Shown here piece by piece: positions 50,884 to 64,000 of a stretch of 64,000 bases of DNA (positions within the stretch are counted from its first letter, which is position 1; each line of letters opens with the position of its first letter). This stretch comes from Macrostomum lignano (lineage: Eukaryota). Below the pieces are notes generated by a model. It was not told where the DNA came from, made no database searches, and was given only the letters and a program-made list of their open reading frames with translations. The position numbers were made by a program, and so were the translations under genes. Location of the stretch: the NCBI GenBank assembly GCA_002269645.1, contig NIVC01000215.1, positions 496,001-560,000 on the forward strand, read 5' to 3'.

Positions 50884-53029
50884 CCCAGCTTACAGTGTGT
50901 GAGTAATTCGCTCAGCTCACTGAGCTGTGATTCCACGCTTTTTTTCTCTTCCTGTCTTATATTGCGACTTACACTGCGTACTCGAGTAATTAATACACTG
51001 CAGATTTGCTGTTGTGTTGCGGCGGGACTACAAAGTTGCTACAGGTTGTTGTTGCACCAATGTTTTGCTTGCAAAAGCGTGTGTAGCTTGTGTATGCGTT
51101 TACGTGCAAAAATAGCTATATTCCAAAGATTAACAGACAAATCAAAAGATCAAATGCAGTTTAAAGGAAGTTTTTGCTGATGGAAATGTGCTAATGATTT
51201 TTCTAACTTAATGCATACTCTACACTTTTGCAGCGATGAATTTTGTCATGGTTTAAGACATGGATAGAAATGATGATTAAATTTGTCCTTGCTTTATATA
51301 GCGTGATTTCCTGATGATTCCTTTGTTACACTAGGATATTTCTCAAGTATTCCATCTTTGAATCATGCAGTCTGGGAAGTAACTCCTGCATCGTTGGTGC
51401 TGTCTCAAAATATAGTTACACAGAAGAGCCCATTTGAAACTAATATCATACAGCAAATTATGCGACAAATGCTACTTTAATAAGTAAAAAGTAGCGAGCG
51501 TATATTTTATTGACAGGAATAGTAGGATTCCGCAAAATATGTTCTACAGTGTAGTGCTTGTATCGTTATTTTTCAAACTTAAAGTTTATTAATGTACATG
51601 TATAGCTATGGTCGTATAGTACTACTCGAGTCTTAATCTACTTTAAGTAGTAGAATGTGCGCGTTTTACCAGACAAATTTGCTTCATTTTTTCAGTCGTA
51701 GATGAATTTGTTGCTGATTAGTGTCACCAGCAGCTGCGGTAAACTAAACACAATGAAACTCAACTCGACTGACTGTTGTGGTAATGGCTTGATCGAAGGG
51801 TATTTTTAAACTATCCGACCAGCTTTTTTAATTTGGCAATAAAATACATTAAAAAAACTTTCTGCATCACAGATTTTCAAGGGTGTATAGCTCAAAATGA
51901 GTTAGGGCTAACAACTCATACAAAACTACTGCCTTTATTCGGCTTCATTGGCTGTGGGACCATGTCGCCGAAGGCGTTGCGCCAGGGTGGCCCGCGTGCA
52001 GCCCTCCTGCCCTTATTTGGCCGGGAAATCGGGCTTTGATGGAGGCCGCGCCTTGTCCATAACAATTTTGCTCTCACCCACCCACTCAGTTGATAACTGT
52101 TCCATTCCACCCAACTTCGAACTCGCGGGATTTCTGTCGGGGATGAACCGGGGGCGCAACGCGACTTAAGTGGCCATTTATCTTTTTTAAAGCAGAATTT
52201 AATCAAATAGCTGAGAAATCTCGCGGGGAAAGAAGCTGAGTTCTCATCTAGTCAAAGAAATAAATAAGGAAAAGTCACTGCAGAAGCAGCAACACACGGA
52301 ATTGATTGTGCTTTTCCGCAGCAGGTGATGGCTTTTCTGGCCGAGGAAAATCGGCGGTGTCTAGTTGATCAAACGCTTTGACCAGCTGCCTCCTATCGGG
52401 CACCAAAAAGCAGAGGAACGATTGAAGTCCCACTTGCAATTTTCCTTTTCGTTTATCATGCAAGCTGTTTCTTTTTTTGCCGAGAAAGGGAAAAAAATCG
52501 CAGCAACGAAGTTTGCTTTATTGGCGAATCCTTTCAGAGCTTCAAAAGCGTTGGCATCTGGCGATGCATCCGACACCATAATTTCGAAGAGGCCATTCTG
52601 AAAAACAAAAAGAAGGCAAATGAAAAGCAAACTTAAAAGGAAAAAACAGGGAAAATCTCCGTCCGAAAAGCATCTTGTTAAAGGGAAAAAATTCTAAAGA
52701 TGGTGTGAAAGAACAACATTTTCTCTTCAAAGCGTCCCTGAACCGACTGTGAGCAATCGTCGTATTGGTTGCTGGGGCCTATTCAACAGATGGTGGACTG
52801 ATTCCCAGAAAGGGCGTAAGAAAAAAATAAAAATCTCTGTAGCTTTCGTTTTATAGCAGAAACCTGGCTCTGCAGACAGTTTCATCCTCAACATTCTTTT
52901 CAAAATCAAGGTCTTTGAAAATAAGTTGGCCAATTTTTGCGACTGGACTTGCGAAAATCGAACTTTCTGGTGACAGAGGGAAACAGGGATAGCCGATATG
53001 AAGGAAGTGAAGGAAGGAAGTGGAGGTGA

Positions 53030-54010
53030 AACACGAGTGACTTATTTGGAGTGACAATGGGAGGTGGAACACGAATGACTTATTTGGAGTGACAGTGGAA
53101 GGTGAAACACGAGTGACTTATTTGGAGTGACAATGGGAGGTGAAACACGAGTGACTTATTTGGAGTGACAGTGGGAGGTGAAACACGAGTGACTTATTTG
53201 GAGTGACAGTGGAAGGTGAAACACGAGTGACTTATTTGGGGTGACAGTGGGAGGTGAAAAACGAGTGACTTATTTGGAGTGACAATGGGAGGTGAAACAC
53301 GAGTGACTTATTTGGAGTGACAGTGGGAGGTGAAGCACGAGTGACTTATTTGGAGTGACAGTGGGAGGTGAAACACGAGTGACTTATTTGGAGTGACAGT
53401 GGGAGGTGAAACACGAGTGACTTATTTGGAGTGACAGTGGAAGGTGAAACACGAGTGACTTATTTGGAGTGACAGTGGGAGGTGAAACACGAGTGACTTA
53501 TTTGGAGTGACAATGGGAGGTGAAACACGAGTGACTTATTTGGAGTGACAGTGGGAGGTGAAGCACGAGTGACTTATTTGGAGTGACAGTGGGAGGCGAA
53601 ACACGAGTGACTTATTTGGAGTGACAGTGGGAGGTGAAACACGAGTGACTTATTTGGAGTGACAGTGGGAGGTGAAGCACGAGTGACTTATTTGGAGTGA
53701 CAATGGGAGGTGAAACACGAGTGACTTATTTGGAGTGACAATGGGAGGTGAAACACGAGTGACTTATTTGGAGTGACAGTGGGAGGTGAAACACGAGTGA
53801 CTTATTTGGAGTGACAATGGGAGGTGAAACACGAGTGACTTATTTGGAGTGACAGTGGGAGGTGAAGCACGAGTGACTTATTTGGAGTGACAGTGGGAGG
53901 TGAAGCACGAGTGACTTATTTGCTGTGACAGTGGGAGGTGAAGCACGAGTGACTTATTTGGAGTGACAGTGGGAGGTGAAGCACGAGTGACTTATTTGGT
54001 GTGACAGTGG
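53030..54010. repeat. 38-bp minisatellite upstream of Dlx
   Basis: Unit gagtgacttatttggagtgacagtgggaggtgaaacac, recurring at 53111 and 53149. Confidence 0.94.
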
Positions 54011-54341
54011 GAACGAAGAAAAGACATGAAGAACTGATTACTGTATGAACTGTTATTGATGACAAACATAATGTTTTTGCTGTTTTTGTTGAAAGTGCGG
54101 TACTCTGACTCACGCTGACGCCCAAGTGCGTTGAAAATGTTGTTTTCAAAATCTGCACTGCAGAGCTGATTGGCTGGCTCCGCTTGAAAAATCCCGATAT
54201 TTCTCCGCCTATTTTTATCCGCTGCCAATAGGAAGCGAGATGCAGAAATTCTGCAAAGTTTATAAAATAGGAAAATTCAGAAGCTGGATTTCTCTGCCAC
54301 CAAGTAACTCCAATAATTCCTACTTTTTGAAGGCGTCAAAA

Positions 54342-57300
54342 ATGTCAGCCGTTCAAGAATTTGAGTCATTTTTTGGCTACGGAAACTATACTGGTAATTA
54401 CCAGTACTACCAACTCCCAGAGATCAACCAACAGCATCGGCAGCCAACCTACTATCCATCTGAGCCGTCGTTTGCTAACTATCCCACTTATCAAGACCCG
54501 GAGAGTTTTCGACAGCAGCAGCAGCAGCCTCCGACGGTTCAGAAAGTTGGCGTTGACAACTGCTGTTACACCTTTGGTCCTACTGCTGCCGGAGATAAGC
54601 AGGCTCGGAGCGTTGACGGTAAGAGACTGATTCATTTTGAGAGCTGTATTTTGTACATTCTATTTTTATATGAGTAGTATATATTTGGAAGTAGAGTATA
54701 GAGTAGAGAAGTGTCTAAATGGCGTACCATGAGTTTGCCTGTGTGGAGTTCCATGAGGTTGCCTGTGCATGCATGGAGTTCCATGAAGTTTTTGAATATC
54801 ATTGCAAGAAAGGCCAGTACATGTATGGTATTCTGTCAAATTTGCCTGCAAGCAGTTCCACTGATATGTCTGAGTTTTCGTATGGTATTCACTATAAAGA
54901 CACTGCAGCATTTTACAGAATATTAGCATTTCAGTGTTCTCGGGTTGCAATATAACGGTTGCAAGACCAGTGAAAGTGACGAACTTTTGCAGCTGGAAAC
55001 CGTGCTTAATCAATGCCATTATAAGGGTTGCTCAGAGAGAATACAAAAGGTTAGCCAAATTCAAAAAGCTAAACTCTCCGTTCGAGCACTGCCATTGCAG
55101 ACTCCGAGGCGGCGCGCACTACCGTTGGCGGCAAACACAAAACCGACATCGACTCGGGCATCGGCGGCCACGTCAACAACCAGGGCCACCAGCAGAAAGC
55201 CAGACAGCCGCGCACCATCTACACCCAGCTGCAGTTGCAGCAGTTGAACCGGCGCTACCAGCGCACTCAATACCTATCTCTGCCGGAAAGGGCTGAACTA
55301 GCAACTAGTTTGGGTCTGACTCAGACGCAAGTAAGATTTATATCAATGGTACCTAGCCAATGGATTGCTACTACTTTTTCTGCAGCTGTATATAGCAGTT
55401 CAAGATGTTATTACGTGTAGCATTGCAAATGGATAGCAAGTATTTTAGGTTTAGGATCCGAAGTTCGACGAAACAGGTAAAGATGTAGACTACTGAAAGT
55501 AGATTGTGAACATTTTTCTATGATTTTTTCCCAAAATACCTCGAGTGTTTTGGCTGTTGATATGCTCATTTTTTATCTACTGTACAGATAAACAATGATA
55601 TTGTTAAGTTAAAAACACCTAGATATAGTAAGTTTAAAAAATTAGCTTTCAAAGGTTTTGAAACATTTTAGGACTATGCACTGTTCTGATGCCTCTCTCA
55701 AGCCCACATTTTGCAGGCTGATTGCTGCTGTTGTGAACTGAACTAAAAATTAATAATCCACACTAATGAGTTTACATTTTAAACTGGTAACTATTTTAAC
55801 AATTCAATGTTTCTGATTTGTACAATGGTCCCATTTGCACACCTAGCTCTCACTCACCAAATTTAACTCAATGAGCTTGCTGTTTCATTACAAACAAAAT
55901 AAGAGTTTGTCCGTGTCACGTCTGCTTTGCTGCCATGTATATTGAGGTAGCTCTGGGCTTCCTCCGTGCACACCTCTGCGGGCAAAGCAAACCTTCAAAG
56001 GTTGACTTCAGTTTAACCTCATGATGCAGACATGGCACGATTCCTTCTTCACTGTCGATTTTCTGCGATTCTGTGAGAATTAACATACCTACCTCCCTCA
56101 GTTACCTCACTTTACACCAGATGACCTTCAAAGATTTTGCTATACAGTATGGCTTCATTCCCCCCTCTCATAAAGTTCCTTGCATTAACTGCAGTGTGCT
56201 CAATGTGAAGTATGGTATGATTCCAATTCTTAACACACCAGCACCCTAGCACCAAAATGTGATAATCGTTCTCCTCTACATTCAACAACCACCCGTCCAG
56301 AAACTTTTATACGCTGCTTATTTATTTATATTTTGTTCACTCAGCACTTGGCCTGTGTTTTGGGCTTGCATTTGTCATGGTTCTATGCAGCTGATCAGTG
56401 CCTTATAGCTTTTTTGGCAGTTATGAGACTTATGACTCCCAATTGAAAAATCGTTTAAAGACTGCTCAAAACTTCATCAAACCTCATCTCTATACAGATA
56501 TTGTCTGTGCAGGAAAGGAGAGAAAATAAAATGGGTTTGGGGTAAACAAAGATTTAGGGCCTCGCTAGAAAATCGATGGCTCTCATTTACCCTAACCCTA
56601 AAAGCCGAAACACGCACAAACGGAGAAAGTAAATTGAAGCTAGACGATTGGGGTAAAGGGGTGAGAAAAAAACAGGAGTGGAGGCGCCCAATAAAAATCG
56701 ATAGCCCTCGCACGCACGAGAATAAATTGGAGCTAAGCCATTTGGGGTAAGGAGTTAGAAAAACAGTGCAGGCACCCCCAAAAATCGATAACCCACGCAC
56801 GTACAGGCGAAGAGATCGTATATCGGGGTTAGCAGTGAACATTAAGGGTTAAGGTCAGTGCTGTTTGGGTGGTTCCTCCGGAGAAAAGACGAGACGATCG
56901 ACGCCGAGATTGTACGATTGGGCGATGGTCGCATACTGCCAAACCAGCTATGTTTGTGCTAGGTCCTGAGAAAGAAGCAAGCTTACCACCAGCTACTACA
57001 TGTATAGTGTAGGACAAGTACATAAAATAGCTATATGTACGTACTGAAAATATTATGTACAGCATCGATTCATTCATTTATGATATTCAATTTTGTGCGC
57101 ATCTTGCGTGTAAAAGCATATTCATGTGCGTTTTGATCGTGTGAATCCCCTTCTAAACACCCCTGAGCTTTGATAAAGCTTTATACACAGTATCTATACT
57201 CCTACATGTGCTAAAATATTTGTGCACATCGGCTTTTCTGTCTCTGGCATCCCCACCCATATAAATTGATTTTTCGCAGGTGAAAATCTGGTTCCAAAAC

Positions 57301-58015
57301 AAGCGCTCGAAATGCAAGAAGTTGGCCAGGCAGCAGCAGATGAAGAAGCAACAGGCGCGAGCCGCTAGTCTGCAGCAGTCCAACGGGCTGTGCGACGTGA
57401 GCGACGAGGACTCGGGAGACGCTCACAACAATGGAATGAGCGATGTGAGTTGAGAATTCAGACTTTCATTACCCCAGACAGAGCCGCCACATGAATTTGT
57501 GGTTAATGCCGCTTTTCCTACGATTCACCAAAAATGAGGACAATTACGAATTTACACAAACTTCAAATTGTAACCCACTAGTCGAACCATATGTACATAC
57601 ATACAAGTAACTACATGTACATGAACACCCGCAGATCGCAGTTGGCAGGCTGCTCAACGCCACTAACGGAGTTGGCGGAGGAGGAGACGGTGGCGGCGGC
57701 GTCGGCGGCAGCAGTGGCAGCAGCGGTGGCGGCTTTGACAGCGGTCGGCGTAATCACAGCTCTGCCGGCAGCTCGAAGCCCGAGTCCACCGAGTCTCCGG
57801 GCTCGATGTCTCGTCAAGAATTCACCGTCGGCGGAAACTGCTTTGTCGGCGGCGGTGTAGTGGACGGAAGTCTTGCTGGTATCGACTTCGCCAGTGAAAA
57901 TTCCGCCAAAGGCGAAGGATTCTTGGAGCACCTGTCAGCCTGCAACAATTACCACCGGCAGTGGGGATTCGGCACCGGCGGCTACAATGGTGTTGGCACC
58001 AGCTACCTGCCGTGA
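54342..58015 (+). CDS. Dlx: Distal-less (Dlx) homeobox transcription factor, 350 aa
   Basis: Exons 54342-54618, 55101-55330, 57280-57444 and 57635-58015 (1053 nt). Homeodomain [43 protein letters not shown]|[11 protein letters not shown], with the intron at the typical Dlx TQTQ|VKIWF position. Confidence 0.93.
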
Positions 58016-58247
58016 GTCTTGAATGCGTCTTGATCGTGTGGATTGCTCATAAAAGATTTTTTAATTTCACACCGTTGTAGGCTCGAGGCTTGAGCATGTG
58101 AAAATGAAACGCTAGTAATGTAAAATTAATTAGAACTATTGTGAGCTACATTTAACTCAAAGACAAGACCTCTTGGACGTGGCATCTACCGGCCTTAATT
58201 AGAGACTTAAGAGTAAGCTAGCGAGGGTAAGCTTCCACCAACAGACA

Positions 58248-58760
58248 GTGGCGCCCACCACCTAAGACACAAAAACGCCCACCACCTCAGACACTGGGGC
58301 ACCCACCACCTCAGACACTGGCGCCCACCACCTCAGACACAGGGGCGCCCACCACCTCAGACACAGGGGCGCCCACCACCTCAGACACAGTGGCGCCTAC
58401 CACCTCAGACACTGGGGCGCCCACCACCTCAGACACTGGGGCGCCCACCACCTCAGACACAGTGGCGCCCACCACCTCAGACACAGTGGCGCCCACCACC
58501 TCAGACACAGGGGCGCCCACCACCTCAGACACAGTGGCGCCCACCACCTCAGACACTGGGGCGCCCACCACCTCAGACACAGGGGCGCCCACCACCTCAG
58601 ACACAGTGGCGCCTACCACCTCAGACACTGGGGCGCCCACCACCTCAGACACTGGGGCGCCCACCACCTCAGACACAGTGGCGCCCAACACCTCAGACAC
58701 AGTGGCGCCCAACACCTAAGACACAAAAACGCCCACCATCTCAGACACTGGGGCGCCCAA
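58248..58760. repeat. 24-bp minisatellite (cccaccacctcagacactggggcg)
   Basis: About 20 units; the APTTSDT ORFs here are repeat artefacts. Confidence 0.92.
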
Positions 58761-59906
58761 CAAGAGACAGGGGACCACAATGACCTACGCAATTGAAGAT
58801 TGTGTAAAAATAAAAGCGGAACTAAAAGGCACTACGCCGCATTTGCTTAACTTTCGCTTAACTCGATTACATGTGCATGTGCTACATAATCGGTTATTTA
58901 ATACTAACCATTATGATAAAAATGTCATTTCAGCTTCTGATCCAACTCTTGAAAAACCGAAGTCCTACTAGAGCCGACCGAACGATCAACGAGTTAAAAA
59001 GAAAATAAAAAAACTGCTTTAACCACTAACGAGGAGCCAATCCTAACAATTTGATAATATATATTGCGCCACAAAACTAACAAAAGAACTCCTACTCAGA
59101 CGTTTACTGTTTCGATTAGCACTGCATTGTCTACACACTTGATGCACTACGCTTAAGACAAGTTAACAGAATCAATATTTTTTATCAACATTTCTCTGTA
59201 TTAATTGATAGAAGCAACTCTTAATACTCTTTACCTGGCTCTTGTACACTCCGCACCTTAAAGCTACACCTAGAGAATACACGATTAATTCACTCACTTA
59301 TAGCAGTGTGTACGCTGAATTTGTGTCCGCTTTTAAAAATCCAATCTATTTTTTAAACACATTTTTGTCTCTACAACAAGCTTTTTGTGTGTTCAAAAAC
59401 TTTAATTCGACACTGTTATTCTTAGATATTTATATCTGTACCCACTATTTTTTTTAAGTTTACAAACAGTTTTAAAGAGTAAGAAGGTAAAAATAAACTA
59501 AATGGCAAACGCACAAAGTTTATTTGTCAGGCATATACACATTACGTTTTATTTATCATAATACTCATTTTTTATTATTCGATTTTGTTCAGAATCTTAG
59601 TATTTATTATTATGCTTATTGACGTACAGATTCAATCAAACCAATATTATTTATTATTCATAGATTAAATATCAATCAATATTGATGAGGCTTTATATAT
59701 AAATTAATTCGAATACTATTATAGTTTGAATGAGTGACCAAAATCTATTAAAGTACATTATTCTAGCCAAGGGTTTGAATTAGATACACGAAGTCACAGA
59801 GCTTGGGTATCTATATTCAATAGGGCTGGGTTCAATTCCGCGCGCGAGTCACAGGCCATGTGGGCCAGTATTTTAAAAGCTGCATCAGCCCAATTCAAGC
59901 GCCAAG

Positions 59907-62900
59907 TCAAATCGGTACATCAATGCAGGTGATGGCGAGTTCGCCGCACAGCGGGCAGTCATCCTCCGGCCTGGGCAGCGGACCCACCTGTCCAGCCGAG
60001 ACCACAGTAGCCTTGGCGCAGTCCAGATGCAGGCAGTGGCCGCACGGATAGGCCAGAAAAGTGCCAGTCAGCAGCGGACCGCCGTAGCTGCACGAGCTGG
60101 CACTGCAGAATTGGTTGGCGCTCACAGTCTGGCAGGCCATCTTGTTGCTCGCCATACGCGATCGAACGGCCGTGGCGTACTCGGTGCACTTGTCCATCCG
60201 CTGCCTCAGCGCGCCCATCCGGTCTTTGTACTGATCCAACGATCTACAGATTGCATCCTTGAAGCTGTCTATCGTGGCAAAGTCAGGAAAAAATGGCAGC
60301 ACATCTTCGATGCTTAATAAATCCGGACAATCGTCCAGGAACTCCATCGCTCTGGGCACGTCTTTCTCTTTCGTGATCACGTGACGCGCCACCATCAGCC
60401 AGAGGGCTCGCTTCTCGTCCTGCTCCTGCGGCAGATTGGCCAAAGACTTCGCCAGGGCGACGTCGAATTCCAGAGCCAAGGCGACACCTTCGCGATAGTG
60501 TCCAAGCAGGTGGTGCAGCCGGACGCAGGGCTTCTTCAGGTTGCTTCGCTGGCACAAATCCAGCGCGTATTTGGCATCGAACGGTAGACTAACAGACTGC
60601 TGATGTCGGTCAGCAGCTAGCGAGGCTTTCGCCGAGGCGGCCTCGATGTACGTTACTAAGCGGCCCGGATACGACTCGGCATAGATGTGCAACAGCAGAT
60701 TGTGCAGAGGCTTGTACTCACTTCTCAGTGTGTTGACTGCGTACTCCAGGTATCTGGAAGAGTGAGTTAGTGAGTGAGTGAGTTAGTGAGTGAGTCAGTC
60801 AGTGAGTCAGTGAGTGAGGCAGTGAGTGAGTGAGTGAGGCAGTGAGTCAGTCAGTGAGTCAGTGAGTGAGGCAGTGAGTGAGTGAGTGAGTGCGTGAGTG
60901 AGTCAGTGAGTGCGTGAGTGAGGCAGTGAGTCAGTGAGTGCGTGAGTGAGTCAGTGAGTCAGTGAGTGAGGCAGTGAGTGAGTGAGTGAGGCAGTGAGTC
61001 CGTCAGTGAGTCAGTGAGTGAGGCAGTGGATGAGTGAGTGAGGCAGTGAGTCAGTCAGTGAGTCAGTGAGTGAGTGAGTGAGTCAGTGAGTGAGGCAGTG
61101 AGTCAGTCAGTAAGTGAGTCAGTGAGTGAGTGAGTCAATGAATGAGTCAGTGAGTGAGTGAGCGAGTCAGTGAGTGAGTGAGTGAGTGAGTGAGTGAGTG
61201 AGTCAGTGAGTGAGTGAGACAGTGAGTCAGTGAGTGAGGCAGTGAATGAGTGATTCAGTTAACAGGATAAACATAATAAATCAATAAGCAACTCACCGAA
61301 GCGCCTGATCCCTAGGCGCGGTGAGGAGAGCTGGCAACAGAAGTCTGGGATCCAGCTTATTGCCCAGACTGATCCAGGAGTCTACAGTCTTCTCGGGGAC
61401 CTGGCTCAGGAGCAGTTGGGCGTGTCGAACGTGCAAAACTGGACACCTGCAAGAGCGAGGGGGAGCAAAAGCAAAAATGAAACATGAAATGAAATTGACA
61501 CACCAACTGACACAAACTGAAACGCTGACACACCTACTGACACAAACTGAAACCCTGACACAACTACTGACACAAACTGAAACCCTGACACACCTACTGA
61601 CACAAACTGAAACCCTGACACACCTACTGACACAAACTGAAACCCTGACACACCTACTGACACAAACTGAAACCCTGACACACCTACTGACACAAACTGA
61701 AACCCTGACACACCTACTGACACAAACTGAAACCCTGACACACCTACTGACACAAACTGAAACCCTGACACACCTACTGACACAAACTGAAACCCTGACA
61801 CAACTACTGACACAAACTGAAACCCTGACACACCTACTGACACAAACTGAAACCCTGACACACCTACTGACACAAACTGAAACCCTGACACACTTACTGA
61901 CACAAACTGAAACCCTGACACACCTACTGACACAAACTGAAACCCTGACACAACTACTGACACAAACTGAAACCCTGACACAACTACTGACACAAACTGA
62001 AACCCTGACCTACTGACAAACCAAAACTCTGACACACCTACTGACACAAACTGAAACGCTGACACACCTACTGACACAAACTGAAACCCTGACACACCTA
62101 CTGACACAAACTGAAACCCTGACACACCTACTGACACAAACTGAAACCCTGACACACCTACTGACACAAACTGAAACCCTGACACACCTACTGACACAAA
62201 ATGAAACCCTGACACACCTACTGACACAAACTGAAACCCTGACACACCTACTGACACAAAATGAAACCCTGACACACCTACTGACACAAACTGAAACCCT
62301 GACACACCTACTGACACAAACTGAAACCCTGACACACCTACTGACACAAACTGAAACCCTGACACACCTACTGACACAAACTGAAACCCTGACACACCTA
62401 CTGACACAAACTGAAACCCTGACACACCTACTGACACAAACTGAAACCCTGACACAACTACTGACACAAACTGAAACCCTGACCTACTGACAAACCGAAA
62501 CTCTGACACACCTACTGACACAAACTGAAACAATTACCTACTGACACAAACCGAAACCCAGACACCTACTGACAAACCGAAACTCTAACACACCTACTGA
62601 CACAAACCGACACCGACACATACTGACACAAACTGAAACTGACACAACTATTGATTTGATAATAAATAAAGCTGACCAAACTACTGACACACCTACTGAC
62701 ACAAACTGTAACTCTAACACACCTGACATATATTGAATATCTGACACACCTACTGACACCTACTGAATATCTGACACACCTACTGACACCTACTGAATAT
62801 CTGACACACCTACTGACACAAACTAAATATCTGACACACCTACTGACACAAACTGAATACCTGACACGCCTACTGTCAAACTGAATGACAACCTACTGAC

Positions 62901-63685
62901 AAGCTGACACTCGAACCGACACTAGAAAACCCTTTAGAGCTGACACTTTTAAAAAATTTCACCGACACTTGAAAGCTAAAACTTACTGACATGAGAAAAT
63001 ACCCATAACACTCCGCCTGACACAAGAACTGACACAAAATTACACAAAAGAGAATAACACACCTCGGATGCCTATCAATGGTCTTAAGCGCCTCAGTATA
63101 ATCCTCATTCTCCAAATAGAACAGCACAATGGAATCCTGATCGTTTAGCATGCAGGCTAGGTACACCAAGTTCTCCGAATCCGCGTGACTCTGCATTAGC
63201 TGATAGATCACGTGACGCAGCCGTTCCAACAGCGGCTTCAACTGCGGCTTAGCCAGGAATCGGCGAAACTCTTCGCTCTCCAACGCGTAGTCCTGACTGT
63301 CCTGACGGCCGATGTCTCGCCAGGCGCCCAGCTTCTTCAAGTAGAGTTCGGTCAGCCAGATGAGCAGTACGGCGTCTCCGCCGCCGGCACCTGACTCCGA
63401 AGTCAGATCGGCATTTAGTCGGCATTTGAGCAGAATTTTCAATCCGTCAACGTCGCCATTCGGAGCGGACAGGAACTTCAGCGCCGTGTGCTCGAACGGC
63501 CGGTCGCTTTTGCTGAACAGATTGGCGCTGTCAACGAATTTGCCGTCGGCGAAAAATTTCTCGGCTAGCAGGGCGTACACTTGGGAGCGCTCCGCCTGGC
63601 TGGGGCAGCACTGCAGGGCCTGTTCGTGCTGGCCCAGCTGCAGGTAGATGCGCCACGCTAGGCTGCGCTCGTCACCGATGTCCAC
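59907..63685 (-). CDS. VPS18: Vacuolar protein sorting 18 (Pep3/deep orange), 3' part; 5' exons lie beyond window end
   Basis: Exons 63685-63063, 61446-61297 and 60753-59907, phases consistent. Motifs [34 protein letters not shown]-like [41 protein letters not shown], and C-terminal RING ([15 protein letters not shown]). Confidence 0.94.
60760..61250. repeat. (GTGA)n/GTCA microsatellite in a VPS18 intron
   Basis: Degenerate tetranucleotide array filling the intron. Confidence 0.93.
61495..62880. repeat. 30-bp minisatellite (ctgacacaaactgaaaccctgacacaccta) in a VPS18 intron
   Basis: Homogeneous core with a decayed right edge. Confidence 0.94.
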
Positions 63686-63699
63686 CTGGGGTTGTTGGA

Positions 63700-63719
63700 G
63701 ATAGATAGATAGATAGATG

Positions 63720-63762
<43 letters not shown>

Positions 63763-63763
63763 G

Positions 63764-63802
<39 letters not shown>

Positions 63803-63855
63803 GGATAGATAGATAGATAGATAGATGGATAGATAGATAGATAGATAGATAGATG

Positions 63856-63893
<38 letters not shown>

Positions 63894-63898
63894 CAGAC

Positions 63899-63947
<49 letters not shown>

Positions 63948-64000
63948 GCCGGACAGACAGACAGACAGACAGCCGGACAGACAGACAGACAGACAGACAG
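63700..64000. repeat. Compound (GATA)n-(GACA)n microsatellite in a VPS18 intron
   Basis: GATA tract switches to GACA near 63890. Confidence 0.95.

Noticed and set aside
52250-53000. Possible small exons between the NCS-like gene and Dlx
   Set aside because: No frame-consistent model and no recognisable product on either strand.
36780-54010. CRISPR-like arrays (36-, 38- and 58-bp repeats)
   Set aside because: Pure tandem units without unique spacers, no cas genes, and a eukaryotic context.
58311-58719. Mucin-like APTTSDT ORF
   Set aside because: No start context, signal peptide or splice link; it is a 24-bp minisatellite.
59760-59850. tRNA or tRNA-derived SINE (ggttcaattcc B-box)
   Set aside because: No cloverleaf can be folded and the A-box is poor; tRNAscan-SE would settle it.

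Overview
Eukaryotic (invertebrate) genomic DNA. A free-living flatworm such as Macrostomum is my inference, from an EF-hand + dynein-light-chain (TAL-type) gene and satellite-filled introns. I could reconstruct nine host genes with frame-consistent splice models: a TAL-like gene (3' end off-window), an 11-exon prokaryote-type SLC6/NSS transporter, an intronless RAD6/UBE2A, a secreted C-type lectin, lipoyltransferase LIPT1, REXO4, an NCS/calcineurin-B-like EF-hand protein, a Distal-less (Dlx) homeobox gene and the 3' part of VPS18. Nearly every intron over about 300 bp is filled by its own tandem repeat, and these repeats produce most of the long ORFs in the ORF track. From 20.7 to 30.6 kb lies a decaying ~9.9 kb CMC-superfamily (EnSpm/Mirage-like) DNA transposon. 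It has candidate CCCAGTGGGG termini with a 2-bp TSD, a transposase and a divergent spliced accessory gene. It also carries a nested internally deleted P-element remnant and a hAT MITE. An RTE-like LINE fragment and a second hAT MITE lie further right. All family assignments come from motif recognition by eye, not database searches.
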